Below are positions 14,667 through 28,769 of a stretch of 64,000 bases of DNA, one piece after another. The notes under the pieces are model-generated. The model was not told the DNA's origin. It saw only the letters and a list, made by a program, of their open reading frames with translations, and ran no database searches. The DNA lies in the NCBI RefSeq assembly GCF_009914755.1, contig NC_060935.1. The stretch is one strand, 5' to 3'. Each line of letters opens with the position of its first letter. The stretch's first letter is position 1. Both the position numbers and the translations under genes were made by a program. Source of the stretch: the human T2T-CHM13v2.0 reference genome, Homo sapiens.

Positions 14667-14827
14667 GACTGAAAGAGGTGTCCCCACTGCCTCTAAATCT
14701 CAAACGTTTATACAAAGAGACACTGGAAATTGAACCCATCTTGATAATTATTTCTCCGGGTGCTGATCCTTCTCAGGAACTTCAAGAACTAGCTAATGCT
14801 GAAAGAAGCGGAGAGTGTTATCACCAG
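14667..14827 (+). CDS. DYNC2H1: DYNC2H1 coding exon, 161 nt, phase 1 to 0: (G)LKEVSPLPLNLKRLYKETLEIEPILIIISPGADPSQELQELANAERSGECYHQ
   Basis: ttttag|GA acceptor and CAG|gtaagt donor; IISPGADP is the dynein AAA6 SPGxDP motif; overlaps ORF 14678..15010. Confidence 0.95.
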
Positions 14828-14911
14828 GTAAGTACATATTGTCCCGCTGTTTTTGTTTTTGCTATTGCTGTTCCCACACTTGATGATATTGGTCAAATGG
14901 ACATTTTTTGT

Positions 14912-15420
14912 TGTGATAAGCCAAATAATGCCCCCAAAAATGTCTATGTCCTAATCCTCAGAACTGTGGATATGTTATTTTCCATGGCAAAAGGAACTTT
15001 GCTGATGTAATTGAGGATCTTCAGATGGGAAGAGTAGCCTGGATTAGCCAGGTGGACCCAATATAAAATCACAAAGGTTTTTTATAAGAGGGAGGCAGGT
15101 GAGTCGAGAGTGCAGCTAGGAGATATGATGATAGAAGTAGAGGTCAGAGAAGTGAGAAGGTGCTGTGCTACTGGCTTTGAAGATGGAGGAACGGGCCATA
15201 AGGAAAGAAATGTAGGTGGCTTTCAGAAACTGGAAAAAACAAGGGAAGAATTATCTTTTAGAGCCTTTAGAAAGAACATAGCCCTATAGTAGTACCTTTG
15301 TTTTCAAACTCAGACCCTTGATTTTAGACCAGTGAAACTTCTGGCCGCCAGAAGTCTGATGGTAATTTAAGGCACTAAATCTGTTGTAATTTCTTAAAGC
15401 AGTTATAGGAAATTCATACA
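14912..15420 (+). mobile_element. MaLR MLT1D-like LTR ~85 nt downstream of an exon
   Basis: aataatgccccc ... tgtcctaatcc ... catggcaaaaggaactttgc.gatgtaatt ... ggctttgaagatggagg ... ataggaaattcataca. Confidence 0.8.
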
Positions 15421-16168
15421 TTTGCTACCATTTTGAGAATTATTTTTAAAATTTTACTTGGATGCTTTTATAATAAATCACAGTAATGTTTATTTACACT
15501 TTATTTACCTGACCTGAAAGAAATCCAGAAAATCTTGAGTAAAATGTATTCATTGTAATGCCATTTTTTTTTTCCCTGAGGTAGGAACTTTTGTTTGTTC
15601 AGGGTGCCTTTTTTTCAATTTGCATGTAAATTTGAAAATGAAATGTATTAATTCACCCTCAATTTTTAAGAAGTGAATACATCTTTTTCACAGGGAAAAT
15701 AGTTAATAATGATTTTTTAAACAACTGAATACTTCATAGCAACCAAAAATTGAAAAGTGAAAATTCTACAAAGAAAAATATAAATGAAAGATAGCAAAAT
15801 AGCAGCGCTGTTAGGCTCAGGTGTGAAGGTTTTGCACTAAGTCTAGAGAGTTCTAGTCAATCATAGTTAGAGTAGATTAGTTTATACATTAGGTCAATAT
15901 TCAGTTATCAGTGAGGGATCTTAGGAAGGGGAGCTCTACAGATTGTACCTGTTACTAGTGATTTTGGCAGGAAGGTTAAACTATTCATATAAGCTTTTAA
16001 TTATTTAATGAAGATTAATTTCTGGTATTAGTTTGATTCTTCTTCCAAATTTATTATTAAAGCCAGTTAGGAAGGTTTAGGGATTACTATTATTGAATCT
16101 CATACTGTTATATTACAACATGTTAGCAGATCTGTTTTTAAATTTTGTTTGTTTTTTTGCTTTTGTAG

Positions 16169-16294
16169 GTTGCCATGGGTCAAGGTCAAGCTGATTTAGC
16201 AATTCAAATGCTAAAAGAATGTGCCCGCAATGGAGACTGGCTCTGTTTGAAGAACTTACATCTTGTGGTATCTTGGCTGCCAGTTCTGGAAAAG
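16169..16294 (+). CDS. DYNC2H1: DYNC2H1 coding exon, 126 nt, phase 0 to 0: [42 protein letters not shown]
   Basis: Long U tract then tgtag|GTT; AAG|gtagat donor; dynein motifs MGQGQ and GxWxxLxNxHLxxSWLxxLEK. Confidence 0.96.
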
Positions 16295-17432
16295 GTAGAT
16301 TCAGATAAATGTACAAATAATATCTATTATACTCAACTTAGCAATCTCCAAGGGACATCAGTATTAAAATGTCATGCATTATTTATGATGATTTAAAAAG
16401 TAATATTTGAGAAATTTTAAATTTAAATATTTCATAAATATGTACAATTCTGCAAAATAAGACATTAATAGGAAGTCTATAAAAATCTTTTTTTAAAGGC
16501 ATATAAGAGAAGCCAAGACATTTTTAATGAAGATTGACAGGGAAGCTTAGAAGACATATTTATACCATGAGTTTCTTTTTTTGCTCTTATTCTGTTGATC
16601 TGTATTGGGAGAAGAGACATAGTGGGGTGTCAGAGGGAACTGCCTAACTTCCTAGGTGCTAAGGAAGCTAGAGAATAAACTGAAGCAAATGTTTCGTTTA
16701 TCTCAAATGGACTCAGGAGAAAAATAATCTTAAGACAGGACAAGTCACTGGATGGGCTTTACATGCAAACCTAGATTTTATTCTAGTGCTTATTTAAGAA
16801 AGATGAGTAGGGTTTTGGGTAGTTAAAGATGATTCTGAAGAGATATTCCTTGAAAGTCAAATAGGATTTTGCTAAGTATAGGCAAAGACAGGATATCATG
16901 ATTTTAATTCCATCAGCACAAGTAGAGATAGTGTTGGGGATGTCCACCCCTAGTACAAGGAATGAAGAGATGTCCTTGATAGTACTAGACGGGCCAGGCA
17001 GGGAAGCGTGGGGAAATTGAATTAGATGACTAGGAAAGAGCTAGGTTATGGAATACCCTGAGAACCATGCAGAACATTTTGGAATTTTTGTCCTGGGACT
17101 TAGAGGGCCAAAGGAGGTCCTTAACAGAGAAGTTAGTAATTAATTAATTAATTAATTTTTTCTGGCAGTGGTATATAGAATAGAAACAAACAGAATAGAG
17201 TAAATTGAGGGAGGTCCTGCCCTAGGTGTGAGGTATTAAAAATCTCTGCAGTCCTAATTAATTGGCAACTACACACTTCCACAAATAGTCAGTAAATTTT
17301 TGATGAGTAAGTTAATGAGTGAGTGAATGAGTTGATGGACCATGGTGATTCGTGATTCATTACTTGTAATCAAGAGAAGATACAGATTTTGGACTATGAA
17401 TATTCATGTAATTCTATTATGGCTTTCTGTAA

Positions 17433-17787
<355 letters not shown>

Positions 17788-19294
17788 GATAAATCATGTA
17801 TGTTTTAAGATATGTAAAAAAGACTGGCAAATACTTGTACTGCTTTCTGTGTCAAACAGTTGATTGATAGCTACTAATCTATGTAAAATGTAATTAGAGT
17901 TATTATCTTGAAAGCACATCTTAATTAGAACTCGTAGAAACAGTACATAATATTATATAATTTTTAAAATAACTGATTATTATTTGCTTTTCTATTAGTT
18001 TGGGTGGATTGATTGGATATAAATTTATAAATTTACTGTAAATCCAACTATATCCAGCTATAAATCCAACTATATCACAATGTATTGTTTCTTTTACCTT
18101 TTAAATTTTTTTAGATTTGCTAACCCAAAGCAAAGTTTTATATAAACTTTACATTTTAAAGTTATGAGGTGTAAATACATTTTATCCTTTATAATTTTAA
18201 GCAAGCACAATGTTTTTAGGGCCATTCTTTTGTCATTTTTTTGTCATCTTAACTCTACATTTCACGTGATATTAAATGAATGTTAGTGTTAAACATCAAT
18301 TATATTAAAATAATTTTTAGACTTCATTCTCTTTTAGAGCTATCAAAACTTCTTCTGTCATTTATTTATTCATTTATTAAATTTACAAATACTTGCTGAG
18401 TACAAGAAAAAGCCAGAAATTGTGCCAGGTTCTGGTTACCTACAGAATTTGTACCTGCTCTCTGGGAACTTAATTTAGAAGAGACAGATCACATTAATAA
18501 CTATATTGTGGGATGAAGAATACTGTGGGAAAAATTTACAAAATGACATGGGTCATTAAATCTGGTTGGGATTGTGATAGTGAAGAGTTGGAGAAGATAT
18601 TCCACTAAGACATAATATTTAAATTGTATTTTGACAGATAAGTAATAATTTGTCAGAGTACAAAGAGAATAATAGGCAGAGGAAATATGATGAGTAAAGA
18701 TAGTCATAAGAGTCTGGATAAATGACTAAAGCCCACAGTATGAGAAGCATGGGCAGATGAATTTGTATGGTGAAGTTTTGAATTTATATTATAGGCCATA
18801 AGGTGCTACTAAAAATTGTAAATAAGGGAATTAATATCATTATATAACTCTGTAGAAGCATGAATTAAAGCAGTGAGAATCTAAAGACCTTAAGAAGGCT
18901 GGTAGTTTAGGCATAGCAATTGTAGCTAACACTTACTTTGAACTTACTATGTATCAGGCACTGTTTTAGTGTCTTAAACAATTCTTTGTGATAGGTGCTA
19001 TTATTATCCTTGTTTAGAGATGGAATAAGTCAAAGAGACCAAGGTCACATAGCAGATTAGTGGCAAAGTATGAATTTCAACCCAGTCAACATGACTTTAG
19101 ATGGAGATTCTTATTCATTACACTGAGCTAGTAATAGAAAAGATAAAAATTTAAAGGAAATATAACCAGAGCATTAAGAAATACATCAGAATGTCACAAA
19201 AGTTTTAATTAAAAATAGTTACTAATAATGTAATGTAAAAGAGAAACTTTCATATATATTTAAGTAAATTTTTGTCATTGGTTTTGTAAACAAG

Positions 19295-19405
19295 GAATTG
19301 AATACTCTTCAACCTAAAGATACCTTTCGTCTTTGGCTCACTGCAGAAGTTCATCCCAACTTTACTCCTATTTTACTACAGTCAAGTCTGAAGATAACAT
19401 ATGAG
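19295..19405 (+). CDS. DYNC2H1: DYNC2H1 coding exon, 111 nt, phase 0 to 0: ELNTLQPKDTFRLWLTAEVHPNFTPILLQSSLKITYE
   Basis: aacaag|GAA acceptor and GAG|gtaaga donor; FRLWLT dynein motif; in frame with both neighbours. Confidence 0.94.
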
Positions 19406-19599
19406 GTAAGAAGATTTAAAACTTGGATCACCAGTTGTATGAAAGCAGTACTCTATACATGACTTCTAAAACTTTGTAAACAACTATTATACAGAACACA
19501 CAACTTCTTTTTACATTTAGATGAGGTATACATAGATAATAGCATAAGATGATGTAAAATACATTTAAATCTTTTCAAATTTTATTTCATACTTATGTT

Positions 19600-20545
19600 T
19601 TTTGTTTTTATTGTGGTAAGAAACACATAACATGACATTTGCTATCGTAACAATTTTTAAGTGTGTAGTGCAATATGCACCTTGTTGTGCAGTAGATCTG
19701 TAGAACTTTTTTTATCTTGCAAAATTGAAACTCTATGACCATTGAAGAGCAACTCTTCATTTTGCCCTATCCTCTGGCAACCACCATTTTACTTTCTAAG
19801 AGTTTGACTGCTTTAGCTACCTCATTTAGTAAAATCATGGATTATCTTTTTGTTATTTCACTTAACATAATGTCCTCAAGGTTCATCCATGTTTTAGCAT
19901 GTGGCAGGATTTCCTTTCTTAAGATAGGATAATATTTCATTGTATGTATATACCACATTTTCTTTATCCATTAATCCATCAGTGGACATTTAGGTCTTTG
20001 ACTTCTTGGCTGTTGTGAATAATACAGTGAACACTGGTGAGCACATATCTCTTCAAGATTCTGCTTTCAATTATTTTGGATATGTAGCCAGAAGTGGGAT
20101 TGCTGCATCATATGGTGATTCTATTTTTAAGTTTTTGATGGAACTTCATACTGTTTTTCATAGTGGCTACATCGTTTTACATTCCCACTAGCACTGAACA
20201 ATTTGTCCACATCCTCACCAACACTTTTCTTTGAGTGTGTGTGTTTAATAGTGGTCGTCTGAGTGGCTGTGAGGTGATGTCTGTTTGTGGTTTTGATTTG
20301 CATTTCCCTGGTAATGAGTAACGTTGAGCATCTTTCATATGTTTGGACATTTATATATCTTATTCGGAGAAATGTCTTTTCAAATTCTTTGCCTATTTTT
20401 AAAATTATTTAATTTTTTGCTGTTGAGTTGTATTAATAGTTCATTATATATTCTGGATACTAATTGCTTAGTATCTTATCAGATGTATGGTTTGCAAATA
20501 TTCTCTCCCATTCTATAGATTGCTTTTCACTCTGTTGATTGTTCC
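19600..20545 (-). mobile_element. L1M (MA/MB type) 3' end
   Basis: ttcacttaacataatgtcctcaaggttcatccatgt ... ataccacattttctttatcca ... ttgatttgcatttccctg. Confidence 0.85.
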
Positions 20546-20742
20546 CAACCTCCCTGCCTTCCTTCTATGCTTATGTCCATCCATCCTTGTATCTCTCTAA
20601 TATGTAATGCTAGGTAGATCCAACCCAAACCTTATATAGCTAAAATTGTGTTTGTAATGATATTTTGTGATTTGTCAGAGTCATAAATGAAATAGCAAAC
20701 TATTAAAACTGTCATTTTATTAGTGTTTGTAACTGCATGCTA

Positions 20743-21067
20743 TTTTTTTTTTTTTTTTTTTTTGAGATGGGGTCTCCCTCTGTTACCCAGGCTGGAGTGC
20801 AGTGATGCTATCACAGCTCACTGCAGTCTCGACCTGCTGGGCTCAAGCAATCCTCCCACCTCAGCTTTCTGAGTAGGTGGAATTACAGGTGCTTCACCAC
20901 ACCCAGATAATTTTTTTATTTCTTTTCTTTCTTTTTTTCTTTTTTTTGAGAGACGAGGCCTAACTATGTTGCCGAGGCTGGTCCTGAACTCCTTAGGCTC
21001 AAGCAATTCTCTTGTCTTGGCTTCCCAAAATGCTGGGATTACAGGCATGAGCCATTGTGCCTGGTCC
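20743..21067 (-). mobile_element. AluJ, antisense
   Basis: Poly-T, then gctcactgcagtctcgacc..gggctcaagcaatcctccc. Confidence 0.9.
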
Positions 21068-22244
21068 TACCTGTTATTTTAGATCAGTACTGCTCTTTTT
21101 CATCTGAAGGTGTTTGTTTCATTTAAGGAAAAAAAAAAGGGTAAGCATTAATCCAGAAATGCAAAGATGATTTAATATTAGAAATATTTTAATTGAATGA
21201 TTATAAGGTCTAGTAAGAAAGAACTTTCCCAGAATCTTCTCCAGCTACAATCCCACTATACAATTCTACTAATCTATATTCTAGGACTGGATTGCATGAG
21301 CCATGAGGGCAGGGGGTATTTTTTTTTGCTTGCATTTTTGAACTTAGCATGTAATTCAAGGCCAAGTAAGAGGAATTCAGTAAATATTTCGATAAGAGAG
21401 TATTATTATACCAGGTAAACTGTTCCTTGAATGTTTTAATGTGTAACCTTTTCTGGGATCTTGTTAAGAGGTAATTTGATTATATTTTTATGGGAATTTC
21501 CAATTTGATTTCAATTATTAGTGAATTTTTTTATTTCTTGAATCACTATAGGAAATTTTAACTATCTTAGCTTAGACTATCTGTGTAGTTCATTGAGATG
21601 TTCAAAATGATTATATGTATGTGCATATATATAATATGGGCATATATTATTTTTTAAAATTGTTAAATTCACTTCATTATTTTTTTCCTTTTTCGATTAG
21701 TTGTCAGAGTTGTTTAAAAAATTGTTTTTCCAAGTAACTGTTGCTATACTTATGAATTTGCTTTTTCTTATTCTTTTCATTTCACCGAATTTTCTTCTTT
21801 TTTCTGTTTTCCTTTCTAATGCTGTCTTTAGATTTTTTCTCGTTTTCTTCTTCCTGATTTCTTGAGTTGAATGGTTGTTTTGTATTTGCTTGTATTCATA
21901 CTGAAATTGTTCTAAGTCTGAATTTGCAGCTTAATATGTCTTTGGCTTTATTTCATAATTTTGGCATATTAGTATTTTTGTTTCATTTATTTTTCAGTCT
22001 GTACTTATATGTGATTTTCTATGTAACTGTATAGGATTTATTAATTTGTATGATCTTTAGTGTAGTGCCTTTTTAAAAACTCTAAGTGGTTGTTTGGTTT
22101 CCTATTAATGTCATGTTTTATTGAGTAGTGTGCAGAAATTTGGCCTTATCTATGGTGGTTTTTGTAAATGTTTCATAAACATAAAAGCTTTCATTAAAAA
22201 AGTGTAAATTTGATAGGTACTTAATACTTCAGTAGTGTATTTTC

Positions 22245-22592
<348 letters not shown>

Positions 22593-23440
22593 TAAGAAAT
22601 AACAATGAAAAGGATTTCAAAGGGGATGACTAATTTTTGTAGTAGGCATTCTTAAAGTATTGCCCTGAATTTATTATTTTTATGTTAGAAACCATTTTGG
22701 AAGAAATATTTTATTTTTAAAACAAGCTAATTAGAATAACTTGGGCAGAAAAACCCACATTATATATTTTTTAATATTAGAATTCTTTTCGAGGGGGTTG
22801 TTTTGCTATTTTCCCATGAACTTGAAAAGTTATCATTTTGATAATTTAAAAAATAATGACAGATATGATACATATGGATGAACATTTTTAAAGATTTTAT
22901 ACTAGTCTGATATATAATTTCACTTCCTGGATTTTTGTGTCTGTGAACCTAGCAATGTTAGGTAATACTTTAAATCTGGACTAATGCATAAGGAACGTTA
23001 GTTGACATTCTATGTAAATGGTATGTTGAATTCCTCATGGAAATTCAAATAGCAACTAGTAAGGGAAAGCTGCTGTATTAAACTCAAATACCTGTCCCAT
23101 AACAATCAATATCACATTAGTATTATTAAGTAGTGATTTAGTGTCAGTGGGAAAAAAAAAACCTCTCAATCATCGTATAAAACTTATTTGGTTATTTTGA
23201 ATATTATTGTATAGATTTTTAAATTTGAATAATTATTCTGTATTTATATTTGAGATGAACTGTTAGATATAAGCAATTTAACACTAGTTTTATGTACATT
23301 TTGAAGTAACATAATAATTTAACTCAAACCCGGTAAGCAGTGAAAAATTTTCTTTAAATTATGTTCTTAAATATGTTAAAATCTAATATATTTTACTTGT
23401 AGGATTTTAGCAATAGGATGTCTGTTGATTTTTTTTCTAG

Positions 23441-23596
23441 TCACCTCCAGGTTTAAAGAAGAATTTAATGCGTACTTATGAGTCTTGGACTCCTGAGCAA
23501 ATTAGCAAAAAAGATAATACACATCGAGCTCATGCTCTCTTCAGTCTTGCATGGTTTCATGCTGCATGTCAAGAAAGAAGAAACTATATTCCTCAG
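23441..23596 (+). CDS. DYNC2H1: DYNC2H1 coding exon, 156 nt, phase 0 to 0: SPPGLKKNLMRTYESWTPEQISKKDNTHRAHALFSLAWFHAACQERRNYIPQ
   Basis: ttttctag|TCA acceptor and CAG|gtaagt donor; motifs (E)SPPGLK and WFHAxxQERRxY. Confidence 0.95.
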
Positions 23597-23600
23597 GTAA

Positions 23601-24178
<578 letters not shown>

Positions 24179-24349
24179 TTACATAGTAATTTGGCTCATG
24201 ACTTAAATTTATATCCTTAATTTGATCTTTTCTGCTAATCTAGACTGTATATAGCTAACTACTTCACGTCTCATTGTATTAAAGTATTAAGAACAATTTG
24301 TGACCCATTATAAGCCCTCAATGAGTGTTAGGTATCATTTTTATAGTTT

Positions 24350-27300
24350 ATATTGCCTAGACGTCTCAAACTTCAAAACTTGTATTCCCCATACCAGTCA
24401 GTTCTTCCCAATAAAAGCCATTGGTATCTGTCTGCTTCCTCAGTCTATAAACTCAGGAGCTGTTCTTGATATGTTGTGTTTCTTAGCTTCCCTATCCAAT
24501 CCATCATCAAGTCTTGTTAATTCTACTTCCAAAATATAATTTAAATATGTGTACTTCACCATTTTAAACCTCACCTCTCACCTGTACTACTTTCTGAATT
24601 TGTCTTCCAACTGTTCTTCCTACTTTTTGCATTTAGCAACCAGAATTATCTTTCTAATATCTGAGTTTGGTTATTACTTTGCTTAAAATTTATCAAGTGG
24701 CTTTTTATTGTACTTAGGGAAAAGATATGCCTTACCATAGTCCAGAAGAAAAGACCCACCTATCTCTTCAGCCTCCTCTCAGGCCCTTTGTGTCACTTGC
24801 ATTCTATACTTCAGTCATGCTGGGCTTTTTTAAGGTCTTGAATCTGTCTACTCTTTCTCACCAAAGGCTCTCTATCTGTTATCGTCATCACAATCAATAA
24901 ACTGCATTTTTTCCATTGCCATGGCAGTCATATCTGGTACTAATGGTCAATTCTTCTTGCCAAATGCTTCTCTCAGCTGTAAATTGCATCACTCTTCCAT
25001 CTTTAAATTTTTCCCATCCTCTTTTTTCAACTTGGTCCACTTCTGTTGAGGAAAATCTCTCCTCAAAGTTTCCCCCTCATGCTGCTCCCCTTTTAACCTC
25101 TCTGTTTCAGTGCCATGTCAAAACAAGAGCATAGGTTCTGGAGCTAGACAGACTTGCATTTGAGTCCTGACTCGAGAGTTTCCTTGCAGTGATACCTTGG
25201 GTAAACTGTTTTAACCCCCAAAAGCGTCAGTTGCCTCAACTGTAGAACGAGAGTAACAATCATATTTACCTTTATTGTGGGCATCAAATGAAATAGTGTA
25301 TGTTTAATGCTTAACACAGTGTCTGATTTGTAGCCTGTCAATAAACATTTGTCAAACAGATGAAATAGTAAACAATAATAGCATTGTGTTGTTTCTTATA
25401 ATATGTATACCACACTTATGGGGAGGACTCATTGATCATAGTTAACTTGCTCAAAGAATCACACCTAAAAAGTAGAGTTCCAAAATGGGTAGGCACATCT
25501 TCCTGTAAATCTTTTTTTTCCTGACTTCTCTGACCTCTGTCCTTAGCCTAATATATCAATTAATCCTGAAGGATAGATGAACAACACTGATAGTGATTTA
25601 CCTTTATTGAGAAAAGTTACATTAAAAATTTAGATTTTATTATTAAGTTATATAGGCACATGGTATAAATAAAAAAGATATAAAATGGTTTGTAATGAAA
25701 AGTTAGGTTCCTCCCTACTTACTTCCCTGCCACCCACTTTCTATTCTGAGAGGGTCCACTATTAACCATTTCTTGTTTGTGCTTCAGAGAGATTGTATAA
25801 ATACACAAACATATTAATTTCTATATGCATTTATGTTCTTTATAACTCAAACAGTAGGTAGCATATTACAAGCACAGCTCTGTACCTTGCTTTTTAAAAC
25901 AATATGTTTGACATTGTTAAGTATCAGTGTCTATTTAATGCCTAACTTAAAAATATTATTTGTATTACATAATATTGCTATAATTTTTTAGCAGTTTTGG
26001 ATTGTTGGATGGGCATATATATTCTTTTCAACTTTTGTGAATATAAAAAAATGTTGCAATGGAGATCCCTATGCATGCTTCATTTAACACCTATTTATAG
26101 CTGTCAATTTTTAAATGTGGAATATTTGGGTCAAAGAATATATGTATTTTTAGAAATCTGTAAATATTACCAAATTGTTATCCATAGGGGATACAGCAAT
26201 TCACTTTCCCACAAAAAAAAAGTTGGAGAATGTCACTTTTTTTCATACCATACTGTTGTTGTCATAAAAATCATAACACTGGAGGTAAATGTAGACAAAA
26301 TATATATACCTATGACATGGTCTCTAACAATAGAATTGTTAGAGACAATTTTTATTAGAGACATGTCATAGGTATATATATTAAGCAATATTGATAGCAA
26401 CGGTTTTCTAATTTGGGGATTTTAAAAATACTGATCTTCAAGGTATTAAACATTTTTTAAAAATAAACTTTTTCACATACGGTCTAACAGAATGATATAA
26501 GAAATTTTATTAAGACTTTTGAATTGTTAGAAAGTTTAGATAAATATTAGAGGAATTTTGTTAATTGTTGATGGGTACATATCCTTTAGAGATCTTTAAT
26601 TCTTAAATCTGCTAACAGCAAAATTTAAATCTTTTGTTTTCATAATATCCACAATGTTCTTTTTTTAAAAAAGTATCCAAATGCTATTGACCCCAAATTT
26701 ACACATACAGCTCAGATCAATTTTCTAGGCTGTATGTTTGCATATCTGGCAGTTGACATATCCAGTTGGATGTCTCAAACATGTCTGAAAATTCACGTAT
26801 TCTGGATCAAGCACTAGAATTTAAGCTTCCCAAGTGCACAGATATTTGCCTCTTGTTTATTGCTATGTTTTAATTGACGAAAACATGGCCTGGTATATAG
26901 CAGTCCAAAACTTATGTTTTTGTTTAATGTGTTTGTTTAAATGCTTTGTTAAGCTTTTGTTTGGTGATCTCATGATATTCCTTCCCAAACCTTGTATTCT
27001 TTCAGTGTTTCACTTATTAAGAATGACATCATCCATCATCAATTTGAATGAGCGATAAGCTTAGAAGTCATTCTTAACAGCCCTCTTTTTCATGTCTTCA
27101 TACTCCATTACAATCCAATACAAAAATTCTGTTAGTTTTATTTTCCTAACGAGTTCTTAAATCTGTCTACTTTTATCTTTGTATGTCACCCCTCTCCCCA
27201 TTAGGGTGACTTTCCCTCTCCTCTAGATTAGGTCAGATCTCTTTCATATGTGTGAAACATACTAAATGTTTCTCTCCATCAAAGTTATTATCATTTTACA

Positions 27301-27470
27301 GTTGCATATGTATTTGAGTGATTGTCTCCAGCCCACTCTTTCCCACGTTTTACTGAAAGCTACATGAGGGCAGGGATAATTTTTTTGTTCATTCTTATAT
27401 TCCCAGAGCCTGACATATAATACATATTTTAAAAATATTTTTTGAGTGTTGAATGAATGAATGAAATTTG
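24350..27470. mobile_element. Mosaic of ancient L2, MIR (~25110-25360) and L1ME/MC (~25600-26230) fragments
   Basis: MIR-like ggttctggagctagacagac ... ttgggtaa; L2 3'-end-like tgttgaatgaatgaatgaa at ~27448; L1M-like taccaaattgtt.tcca. Confidence 0.55.
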
Positions 27471-28110
27471 TATCAGTATTCCTAATATCCAAGTCTAAAT
27501 ATATTTTAATTTGAACTTATTTTATTACTTAGAACTAATTAGTCAGTAGAAGCCATATAGAAATTATTTTATGTTTCAATTTATTGTCTACACAATATAG
27601 AGCTCTATGAATATTCATTTTATACAAACATTGTAGCTATTAGTTATAGTTATATAATTTTATTTAGTTCTGATACGCATGCTTTGTGGGTTCAATATGA
27701 ATGAATATACTGCTATAAGCTTTTGGGCCTTTTTTTGTGCAGTATTTTTTTTTGTATGTTTGTGGAGAAAATCCACAATTCTGGAGGATAAAATTTTAGG
27801 AAATATCCCAATGTATATATAGCAATTAGAATAAAAAATGTAGTATATCAGTTTGTTCTCTATGATTGTGTTGCCACATAACTAACTAAAACTAGTATGG
27901 TATTATAAAGTACTTTTCATGCTATGGCCAGTTAATTTTTTTTAAGTTTACTGTTACTTTAGATTTATTATGTGTTGGTTTTATTAAAAATTCTCAGGAG
28001 TTATATATTTTTAAGTCTATATTGATCATTTAATTTAAAGACAGTGATACATACATATATATCTTTGACTACTGCTTAGTTGTTTACTTAAAAAAATTGT
28101 TTTTTGACAG

Positions 28111-28186
28111 GGTTGGACAAAGTTTTATGAATTTTCTTTATCAGATCTTCGGGCTGGGTACAACATTATTGACAGACTTTTTGATG
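28111..28186 (+). CDS. DYNC2H1: DYNC2H1 coding exon, 76 nt, phase 0 to 1: GWTKFYEFSLSDLRAGYNIIDRLFD(G)
   Basis: tttttgacag|GGT acceptor and ATG|gtaagt donor; GWxKxYEFxxxDL motif. Confidence 0.95.
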
Positions 28187-28769
28187 GTAAGTTCTAACAA
28201 AAATTTTAATCTCATATTAATAAAATATTTTATCTGAGGTCTTATTAACTATGTTTTCTTCAGAAGTGGCTTAACTTCCTATCACAAAATTTGCTTGTGC
28301 TTTTTATTTTATTTTTTATTTGACTTCTATACCTGTGTTATCTCAGAGTTCTTATATGGATCTGTTTTTACATGGATTCTTCTTTCTGGGAGCAGAAGTC
28401 TAGAAAGACCTTGTTTTCACTTTGTGGCTTTCAAAAGTTTCAGGCACTAACTGAATTTTTCAGATGTCTTTCAGGGGAACTGTTAAAATTCAGGAGTATA
28501 GCAGACTAAGATTAGTACCAAGGATCTGTGGAGTCATAATTGAATTACTAAGTAGGATTCAGGAAACAAGGTACAAATAATAGATTGAAACACAGCAGCA
28601 AATAAAGCCATTTAATCTGACCCCCTAAGGCCATCTAGCTATCAGCCTCCTTGAAAACAGGAACAGTCTAATCTCTAAAGTTTATTGTGCAGGGCGAAGG
28701 GAGGGGGACACTAGAGTTTAGACCAATGATGGATTAGAGAATAGAGTATGTTGATAGTAATCTCAAACT

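Noticed and set aside
15561-15590. tttttttttccctgag|gtagga as a recursive splice site
   Set aside because: GAG acceptors are rare, and the intron is only ~1.3 kb, so recursive splicing is unlikely.
14828-16396. C-terminal extensions of ORFs 14678..15010 and 16175..16396
   Set aside because: They read through consensus donors into intron or MLT1D; dynein similarity stops at the donors.
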